Origin: a virus
Taxonomy: Duplodnaviria; Caudoviricetes
Virus record (IMG/VR): IMGVR_UViG_3300003635_000004
Span: 1 to 50,477 of that record
Strand: one strand, 5' to 3'
DNA length: 50,477 nt
In this document: positions 38,371 to 44,866 of the stretch, piece by piece
How the letters are laid out: each line of letters opens with the position of its first letter
Position numbering within the stretch: the stretch's first letter is position 1
Program-made: the position numbers and the translations under genes
Notes under the pieces: generated by a model
Told to the model about the DNA's origin: nothing
The model's input: only the letters and a program-made list of their open reading frames with translations
Database searches by the model: none

Positions 38371-38413
38371 GTTACCCCACGTATTCGAACACTAGTGCAA
38401 CTCGTGGGGTAAC
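38371..38413. repeat. GTTACCCCAC-N23-GTGGGGTAAC inverted repeat, copy 3
   Basis: Direct reading. Confidence 0.9.
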
Positions 38414-38432
38414 TAACTGGCGCCCGGCGAGT

Positions 38433-38475
38433 CTTAACCAACACCCAACTGCACCGGGCCGCTCTGTTGGTTAAC
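38433..38475. repeat. Variant inverted repeat CTTAACCAAC-N23-GTTGGTTAAC, copy 4
   Basis: Same 23-nt spacer, same two C-to-A changes mirrored in both arms; TTTCCGGAACCCCCC follows at 38490. Confidence 0.75.
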
Positions 38476-38489
38476 ACTCCTTCAGAAGC

Positions 38490-38523
38490 TTTCCGGAACC
38501 CCCCTGAAAACGACTTTTTATAT
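38490..38523 (+). promoter_or_regulatory. Promoter pointing antisense into repressor gene
   Basis: TTTCCGGAACCCCCC box, purine-rich BRE-like GAAAA, TTTTTATA; no typical sense gene downstream. Confidence 0.6.
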
Positions 38524-38552
38524 GGTGGGCGTAGCAGGATGTGATGGTCGCG

Positions 38553-38819
38553 TCACTCGGGCTCCTCGACCGGCTCAAGTGTCGAGGCGTCGAGCTCCTC
38601 GTCCAAGTAGGCGCGGCCGGCGTCAGTGATGGCGTAGAGTCCCCGAGAAATTCGTTCGACAAGGCCGTAATTGCGAAGCGAGCGAAGACGATCTTGGCAA
38701 TGGCCAGCGCTAGGCCCGCCGAAATCCTCGATCGCCTGTGGTGTCAGATTCCCATGTTCCCTCAGAAGCTCAAGTATTGGGTCATCCGAGGGAACCATCC
38801 AATCCGCACGCTTCCGCAT
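38553..38819 (-). CDS. PhiH1 repressor-like wHTH protein, copy 2
   Basis: MRKRADWMVPSDDPILELLREHGNLTP..RLRSLRNYGLVERISRGLYAITDAGRAYLDEELD. Confidence 0.88.
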   Translation of the reverse strand: MRKRADWMVPSDDPILELLREHGNLTPQAIEDFGGPSAGHCQDRLRSLRNYGLVERISRGLYAITDAGRAYLDEELDASTLEPVEEPE

Positions 38820-38869
38820 ATCGTCTTTGTCGTCCGGGGTCATGCTGATAATCGTACCCATTACCACGT

Positions 38870-38945
38870 CTTTCGGCTTTATCCACCTTAATTACTGCTT
38901 AAATCTCAGTGTTCGATGGGAAACTCTCAGTAAGGTATTTACCAC
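38870..38945. promoter_or_regulatory. Divergent promoter/operator region 2
   Basis: AT-rich; TCTCAGT twice, TTACTG/CAGTAA inverted pair, TATTTACC TATA-like at 38936-38943. Confidence 0.65.
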
Positions 38946-38965
38946 GGGCGACATAACCACTTGAC

Positions 38966-39022
38966 GACCCGGCCCTTGCGGGTAGAAGGTGCCCGCCGTG
39001 TAGGAGCACGACGGGCTGGGTC
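38966..39022 (+). ncRNA. Structured 5' leader RNA (three-way junction), copy 2
   Basis: P1 GACCCGGCCC/GGGCTGGGTC, P2 GCGGGTA/TGCCCGC, P3 CGTG/CACG; begins about 23 nt after TATA. Confidence 0.6.
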
Positions 39023-39053
39023 TACTCCCCACGAGGGAGATTTGGAACGACCC

Positions 39054-39593
39054 ATGACAGAATCTATCGAGGGTGGCAAAAAGAATACTGCCACTACGAC
39101 GGACGCATCAGGTGTTAATCAGGAGTTAGAGAGTGCATTTCCGGAGGATGTGGTCCTCCGACGTGAGGGGCAGGACTGCGAGTTCTACTACACGATCCAG
39201 AACGGCACGCTCGTCGAGCGGGCAGTGTTCGACGATGGCCATATCGGCGGCGTCTACCAAGCCGGTCACGACGTCGACCCCGAGGCCGACGACATCGACG
39301 TCCTCGATCCGGAGGCGTGGCCCACCCGCGAGGATGACTTCGACACGGGGGCGCCCGTGTTGATGACCGACGGCGGCGGCTTCGACATCACGCTCAACCG
39401 AACCTTCGTCCGCACCGACGACGGCGAAGAGAAAGGAATCTGGAAGGCGACTGTCGACAACGCGCAGGCGTACCGCGAGATGGGCGGGGAGACGGCAGCC
39501 GGCGCGCTTCACGCACTTGCCCGCGAGTTCGAAGACAAGTTCTGCGAAGGCGACGGCGAGGCAGAGGAGTTGACGCGAGGGGGTGACGCGTAG
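39054..39593 (+). CDS. Hypothetical acidic protein
   Basis: First gene after leader; contains LMTDGG linker typical of haloarchaeal mobile-element proteins. Confidence 0.65.
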   Translation: MTESIEGGKKNTATTTDASGVNQELESAFPEDVVLRREGQDCEFYYTIQNGTLVERAVFDDGHIGGVYQAGHDVDPEADDIDVLDPEAWPTREDDFDTGAPVLMTDGGGFDITLNRTFVRTDDGEEKGIWKATVDNAQAYREMGGETAAGALHALAREFEDKFCEGDGEAEELTRGGDA

Positions 39594-39861
39594 ATGCCCG
39601 AGAAGATCGTCCAGGTCGGCCTGTCCGGTTCTGGCGACGCGAAGGTCTACCACACGCAGGCGGACTGTTCGGCACTCAAGAACATCGTCGATCCCCAAGA
39701 CGTTCCGGCCGAATCACTGACTGACGAGTGGCGCGAGTGTGGCTACTGTTCGGGCGAGCACGATCAACCCCAGCGAGACGAAAAACGGGTTGCTCGAAAC
39801 AGATCCAGAAGACCTCGGACTGACGCCCATCGGAGAGCGGCGTGATGGAGGTGCGGCATGA
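39594..39861 (+). CDS. Small HxxxxC/CxxC zinc-binding protein, probably frameshifted at A-run near 39781
   Basis: [20 protein letters not shown]; +1 frame [25 protein letters not shown] overlaps PCNA ATG. Confidence 0.55.
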
Positions 39862-40607
39862 CGTTCCACGCGATCATCGCGGCGGACACGCTGGCGACGT
39901 ATGTCGACGTGCTCCGAACCATCGTCGAAGAAGCTAAACTCCACGTCGACGAGGATGGCCTGCGGACGAAGGCGGTCGACCCAGCAAATGTGGCGATGCA
40001 ATCCGTCTCGCTGGACGCCGCGGCGTTCGAGTCCTACGAGGCCGACGGCGGCGTCCTCGGGGTCAACCTCGGGCGCTTGGACGACGTGGTCGGGATGGCC
40101 AGCGCCGGCGAGCTGGTGCATCTCGAGCTCGACGAGGAGACGCGGAAATTACAGATCGCACACGGCGGGTTGAGCTACACGCTCGCGTTGATCGACCCCG
40201 ATTCAATCCGCGCCGAGCCGGACATCCCCGAACTGGACCTGTCAACACATCTCGTCCTCGAGGGGCGGCATCTCAGTCGGGGCGCGAAGGCAGCCGATCT
40301 CGTCTCGGATCACATCGAGTATCGCAGCGCCACCGACGAGACAGCCTTCATCATCGCCGCCGAGGGTGACACTGACGACACCGAGTTGGTCGTCGACCAG
40401 GAGGACCTGATCCAGGCGCAGATCCCCGAAGCCGAACACTCGCTACTCTCGCTGGATTACGTCAAGGACCTCCTGAAGCCAGTCGATGACGATGCCGAGG
40501 TCACGATCGAGTTGGGCACCGAGTTCCCGGTGAAGTGGCACTACGAGTTCGCAACGGGGCACGGGGAGGTGACGTCGATGCTCGCGCCCCGTATTCAGAG
40601 CGACTAG
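39858..40607 (+). CDS. pcn: DNA polymerase sliding clamp PCNA
   Basis: [50 protein letters not shown]; 249 aa. Confidence 0.95.
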   Translation: MTFHAIIAADTLATYVDVLRTIVEEAKLHVDEDGLRTKAVDPANVAMQSVSLDAAAFESYEADGGVLGVNLGRLDDVVGMASAGELVHLELDEETRKLQIAHGGLSYTLALIDPDSIRAEPDIPELDLSTHLVLEGRHLSRGAKAADLVSDHIEYRSATDETAFIIAAEGDTDDTELVVDQEDLIQAQIPEAEHSLLSLDYVKDLLKPVDDDAEVTIELGTEFPVKWHYEFATGHGEVTSMLAPRIQSD

Positions 40608-40612
40608 TCACG

Positions 40613-41392
40613 ATGTCCCACGAAGATATCGACTTCAGGCAGTTGCTGAAGCGATACGGGTCGCTGTGGCAACTCACCGGAACGGACACGTCCAACTCCC
40701 AGCACAAGCTCCACACGGCAGAGGACTGCGATGATCTGAAGAAGAGCGAGCGAGACGCGAAAGAAATCACTCACGCGGGGCAACTACCGCTGCGACCGGA
40801 TCTCTGCAGTCGGTGTGAGGCGCGACCGTTCACGCACGGCATCGTGGTCGTCGGGCTCCCTGGTGCCGGAAAGACCGAAGGAGGGAAATTTGCGGCCGTC
40901 GCACTCAATGGCGCCCACGTCATCGAGACAGGCGGCGTCGTTCGTCGCGGCGCCGCGCAGTTTTACCAACAGGACGTCGAGGACCTCACCAGCGACCAGC
41001 TGGGTGAGTACTCGACGATGCGCCGCGAACGTGATGGCGGCGACTACGTCGCCCGCGACGTGATCGACACGCTCGAAACCGAGGCGGGTGGCGACGAATC
41101 CGCGGTCATCATCGGGATGCGGGATACCGAGGCGATTCCTGTCCTCGAGGACTATTTCGACGGCCTGCAGATCGTCTGGATCCACGCCCCGCATGACGTG
41201 CGCTTGGAGCGACTGCAGGACCGTGACCGGCAGGACGAAGCCGGATTCACGAGCGAGGACCTGCAGCGTCGGGACGGTCGCGAGTCCATGTGGGGCACGC
41301 CCGAGTGGGCGTTCCACGCCGACGTGCGGGTTCTGAACACTGGGACGCTGGATCATCTTCGCCGACGCGTCGAAACGGAGGTGCGGGGTTGA
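40613..41392 (+). CDS. Zinc-binding domain fused to nucleotide/dephospho-CoA kinase-like P-loop domain
   Basis: LHTAEDC..CSRC then VVGLPGAGKT, ETGGVVR, WIHAPHDVRLERL, ADVRVLNTGTL. Confidence 0.75.
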   Translation: MSHEDIDFRQLLKRYGSLWQLTGTDTSNSQHKLHTAEDCDDLKKSERDAKEITHAGQLPLRPDLCSRCEARPFTHGIVVVGLPGAGKTEGGKFAAVALNGAHVIETGGVVRRGAAQFYQQDVEDLTSDQLGEYSTMRRERDGGDYVARDVIDTLETEAGGDESAVIIGMRDTEAIPVLEDYFDGLQIVWIHAPHDVRLERLQDRDRQDEAGFTSEDLQRRDGRESMWGTPEWAFHADVRVLNTGTLDHLRRRVETEVRG

Positions 41393-42081
41393 TGCGAGCC
41401 GCTGTTATCGGCCTGCTGGCCGACGGTAGCGTCAACCTGGAACTCGAGTCGAAGTACAACAAGGACCTCCCAGCGATCCACGTCGAGGAGGTCCACACTC
41501 TCGACAGCGGCTCGATCTACGAGGGCACCGCCGCCGGGCGACATCACACCGAACAGCAGGTGGCGATGGTCGGAGAGGGCTTCATCACCGACGAGCGTGA
41601 GGAGACGACCGAGGAGATCGTCACCGACTTCGTCGCCGATCCGCAGGGCGGCTGGGTCGGCATCGACACCTCGAAAGCGGAATTCCTCTGGAACATCGTG
41701 CAGACCCAGACCGGATCGATGGTCGAGCGGGCGTTGATCGACGTCGATGGACTGGCCGAGCAGCTGGGTGGCGAAGAGACGGCAACCTGGCAGATCGGTT
41801 GGTCCGGTGGCGACGATCACGCTGGCAGCGTCTACCACGAGGATGCTGAGATGCACGCCGCTGAAGGCCCGCTGTCGCAGTTCGGGTTCAGCACCGAGTG
41901 GCGTGGGCGACCGATCCGTGGGACTGTGGCGGCGAGCGGCTACGTCGCGGCGTTCCACGGGCTCGAACACGCCGAGGCGTTCACGCAGTTCGTCCGAGAT
42001 GTCGTGTTGCCCCACTGCAGTCTCCCCGAATCTGAGCAACAGTTCCTCTCCGACGTGGCGGGAGGTGATGGTCATGCCTGA
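41392..42081 (+). CDS. Hypothetical protein
   Basis: TGATG coupling, acidic. Confidence 0.65.
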   Translation: MRAAVIGLLADGSVNLELESKYNKDLPAIHVEEVHTLDSGSIYEGTAAGRHHTEQQVAMVGEGFITDEREETTEEIVTDFVADPQGGWVGIDTSKAEFLWNIVQTQTGSMVERALIDVDGLAEQLGGEETATWQIGWSGGDDHAGSVYHEDAEMHAAEGPLSQFGFSTEWRGRPIRGTVAASGYVAAFHGLEHAEAFTQFVRDVVLPHCSLPESEQQFLSDVAGGDGHA

Positions 42082-42376
42082 ACAGGTGCAGGAAACGCAC
42101 CTCAATCCAGACCGCGGCCTGTGGATCCCGCCGCGGCTTCGCGAGTTCGGTCAGGGAATCGTGATCCGGACACCGCGGGAGACGATCCAACACTTTGGCG
42201 ACGGTCCGATGGATCCGTACTACGGCATGGTCGACGAGCGGTCATTCGGTCCGGCATCGGAGTTCCGCGACGCTAGGAACCCAGATCTTGCTCCCGATAA
42301 GGTCCGGATCAAGCCGTACGGAGAGAACGCAGTTGAACTCAGAGTCGACCTGCCCCAAGGCGGTGAGTCAGCATGA
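42074..42376 (+). CDS. Hypothetical protein
   Basis: SD GGAGGTGA; overlap chain. Confidence 0.6.
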   Translation: MPEQVQETHLNPDRGLWIPPRLREFGQGIVIRTPRETIQHFGDGPMDPYYGMVDERSFGPASEFRDARNPDLAPDKVRIKPYGENAVELRVDLPQGGESA

Positions 42377-42507
42377 AGGAGGCGTTCCGACAGGATCTGA
42401 AGGACGTCGTCGCGAAGCACTCGATGGACTTGTCGCCGGATGATCTGCGCGAGGCGGCCGATCGGCTCCAGAACGAGGCCGAACGCAGGGAGGACTCGGC
42501 GCTATGA
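42373..42507 (+). CDS. Hypothetical microprotein (44 aa)
   Basis: MKEAFRQDLKDVVAKHSMDLSPDDLREAADRLQNEAERREDSAL; ATGA overlaps both ends. Confidence 0.55.
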   Translation: MKEAFRQDLKDVVAKHSMDLSPDDLREAADRLQNEAERREDSAL

Positions 42508-42812
42508 GCACCGAGCAGACTCCCGATTCTCTCCGCTCGGAGTTGGAGACCGTCATCGCCCGTCACAACGACCTCGTGACCAAGGTTCCCGGCTACGTGG
42601 CCGCGATGCTCCTGCACGAGGCAGACGACATCTGCGGGAAGCACGGCGTCGAGATCGAGAGCATCGACGAGGACGGCGGCGCCGACGGCGTCTACGTCGT
42701 GCAGTTCGAGAGCAATTCCGCGTTGCTCGGTGTCTGTCGTGACCTCGATAAGCTGGACCGCCTCGAGGCAGATGTCGCGATGATCGACGATCGCATGGGA
42801 GGATCAGCATGA
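42504..42812 (+). CDS. Hypothetical protein
   Basis: Acidic, overlap chain. Confidence 0.6.
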   Translation: MSTEQTPDSLRSELETVIARHNDLVTKVPGYVAAMLLHEADDICGKHGVEIESIDEDGGADGVYVVQFESNSALLGVCRDLDKLDRLEADVAMIDDRMGGSA

Positions 42813-42898
42813 CCTGGGCGCAACGCCGGACGCTGGTCCTGCTCTGCGGGTTCGTGGTCGTCATCGTGGGCGCGTTCCTGCTGACTGGGGGGCTCTGA
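42809..42898 (+). CDS. Single-TM microprotein (29 aa)
   Basis: MTWAQRRTLVLLCGFVVVIVGAFLLTGGL; SD GGAGG. Confidence 0.5.
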   Translation: MTWAQRRTLVLLCGFVVVIVGAFLLTGGL

Positions 42899-42900
42899 GG

Positions 42901-43314
42901 ATGGCCATGTCCGAGGAGTCCTCCAGTCGTGCAAGCGGGACGAAGTACACGGTGAGCGCGCGGATGCGACACGCCGCCGAGGCCGACCTCCCCGTCCTCA
43001 CTGACCACGCCCACGACAAGTGGGATGAGCGGGTGCCGTCCGAAGCAGTCAGCGCCGAGGCCGCCCTCGAGGCGGCCACGCGGTTGACCGATCTCGCCTC
43101 GCATGGCCACTGGCGGGCTGCCGGGCGGGATCAACGTCTCCCCGACGCAGTATGGGTCTACCGCGGGATTCTCGATCAGCGGGCCTACACGGCCGCATTC
43201 GTCGAGCATTCCGGCGCGATCACGACCATCCTCCGCGCCTCAGAGATGACGCACCGCCCGATGGCCGCCTACGTCCGCACTGCGGCGCGCAGCCGGGTGA
43301 ACCATCATGAGTAG
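42901..43314 (+). CDS. Hypothetical protein (RelE/DUF4258-like pattern)
   Basis: LTDHAHDKWDERV...GAITTIL. Confidence 0.5.
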   Translation: MAMSEESSSRASGTKYTVSARMRHAAEADLPVLTDHAHDKWDERVPSEAVSAEAALEAATRLTDLASHGHWRAAGRDQRLPDAVWVYRGILDQRAYTAAFVEHSGAITTILRASEMTHRPMAAYVRTAARSRVNHHE

Positions 43315-43480
43315 TGAATCGATATCGCGAGATACGGTTGATGAGGCCCCGGTCGAGGATCGTCTCCGGGATCTGGAAGAGATACGGGAGGACCTCGAAC
43401 TCGTCGCCAATTCGGAGGCCGCGTATGCGACGTACGCGGAGTCACTGCTGTCGAAACTGGAGGCTGTTGAGGATGCGTGA
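43307..43480 (+). CDS. Small acidic protein convergent on integrase (57 aa)
   Basis: Hand translation MSSESISRDTVDEAPVEDRLRDLEEIREDLELVANSEAAYATYAESLLSKLEAVEDA. Confidence 0.55.
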   Translation: MSSESISRDTVDEAPVEDRLRDLEEIREDLELVANSEAAYATYAESLLSKLEAVEDA

Positions 43481-43481
43481 G

Positions 43482-44732
43482 TCAGTCGTCGGCTTGGAGG
43501 CGGAGGACGGCGTCGTCGCCGAGGAACCGCTCGATCCGCTGGATCGCGGCGCCGACATCTTCGGGGACACGTCGCTGGTCGCTCATCGCAGTATCGCGCT
43601 GCTCCTCAACGATCTCGGTAGCGGCGTGGGAGAGCGACTGGCCGCACCAGACACAAGCCGGTTCGTCGTGCGGCGTTTCCTTATCGCACCGCGGACAGAC
43701 GACCGGCGCGAGGTCTTCGGGGTCGTCTTCGGAGACTTCGACCCCATGTGCGCGCGCGATTTCGCGGTCGTTGGCCTCCTGAAACACAGAGACGTAGCGT
43801 GCAGCGATGTCCGAGCCACGACTCCAGCCGTGATGGTCCTCGAGGTGGTTCTGGGAGACGTTCTGGGAGGCGAGATGCGATGCCGAGGACTTCCGGAAGT
43901 TCGACGGTGTGACCGGTCGCTCGACGCCGGCATCACGGGCGCGGTCTTTCAGGATGTCTCGGATGTAGTTGTTCGACACCTGGGCGGTGCTGTCGAGACG
44001 GCACCACAGCGGGTCGTCGTGACTGTCGCCGGGGTGGAGGGACCGCCACTGGTTGACGTACGGGACCGACGGGACGAGGACGGCCGAGCGCCGGCCACGC
44101 TTCCCGTCGACGGTGACTTGCAGGCCGTAATCATGGTCGGCGAACGACCCGAGTGTCATGTCGAACAGTTCGTGAGGGCGCGGGCCGAGGTCCCACGCGA
44201 GGGCGATCAGCGCCTTGTCTCGGTAGTTGTGGCAGGCATCGAGCATCGGCTTCACGTCCGACTCCCAGCGGAGCATCTTCGCGGGGTCGGGCGCGGGGTC
44301 ATAGTTTTCAGGGTAGCCTCCTGGGACCCACGCCAGCGACTCGACGATCCCATCGGGGTCGGTGCCGATTTTCCCGAACTGGCGGAGGGCCACGCGATAG
44401 TCCTTGTTCGTCTCAGGCGAATCGTTCTTCGCGGTATTGACGTGCGCGACCAGTTGTTCGGCAGCGTCGCGATCGTCGAGGGCGTCGGAAAGACCGCCGA
44501 CCTCAACGGCGAGTGTGACCAGTCGCATGAGGTACTTCTCGTGGGACCAGACGGAGCAGTACGAACTCCCGAGAAGTCGGATCTGGTCACTCATCGCCAA
44601 GAGCGCCTCGGCGTCGGCGCCGCTGATGCGTGGGTCGGGGACCTCGTCGACGTCCTCGACGTCGTCGATAGCACCCTCGTCGCCGAGGCGAGCGCGCAAC
44701 CGTGTGATGCTTTGGTCGGGCTGATCGGTCAT
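43482..44732 (-). CDS. int: Tyrosine integrase, SNJ2-like, with C-terminal zinc ribbon
   Basis: LGPRPHEL, DGKRGRR, PSNFRKSSAS, HHGWSRGS, ARYV; CPRC..CVWC. Confidence 0.92.
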   Translation of the reverse strand: MTDQPDQSITRLRARLGDEGAIDDVEDVDEVPDPRISGADAEALLAMSDQIRLLGSSYCSVWSHEKYLMRLVTLAVEVGGLSDALDDRDAAEQLVAHVNTAKNDSPETNKDYRVALRQFGKIGTDPDGIVESLAWVPGGYPENYDPAPDPAKMLRWESDVKPMLDACHNYRDKALIALAWDLGPRPHELFDMTLGSFADHDYGLQVTVDGKRGRRSAVLVPSVPYVNQWRSLHPGDSHDDPLWCRLDSTAQVSNNYIRDILKDRARDAGVERPVTPSNFRKSSASHLASQNVSQNHLEDHHGWSRGSDIAARYVSVFQEANDREIARAHGVEVSEDDPEDLAPVVCPRCDKETPHDEPACVWCGQSLSHAATEIVEEQRDTAMSDQRRVPEDVGAAIQRIERFLGDDAVLRLQADD

Positions 44733-44769
44733 CCACGCCGACCCACTCAGTCGGGGCATGTAAACATCT

Positions 44770-44792
44770 GGTTCGGAGCCCACCCCGGGCAC
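44770..44792 (+). other. attP core matching the 3' end (T-loop to acceptor) of a tRNA, probably haloarchaeal elongator tRNA-Met
   Basis: GGTTCGGAGCCCACCCCGGGCAC directly upstream of int; tRNA identity recalled from memory, not searched. Confidence 0.75.
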
Positions 44793-44866
44793 TCATCAAA
44801 TTGTTGTCATGCCCACGTAAAAAGGCAGAGTGGTGACGCCCACTCGCCCGCGGGGGGTGCGTTGGC

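Noticed and set aside
39054-39090. Minus-strand promoter (ATTCTTTTTG) inside the first early gene that could make an antisense RNA to leader copy 2
   Set aside because: Weak TATA match and no equivalent seen after leader copy 1; not supportable without transcript data
44740-44800. Complete tRNA gene
   Set aside because: Only the T-loop and 3' acceptor strand are present; upstream sequence cannot form D or anticodon arms
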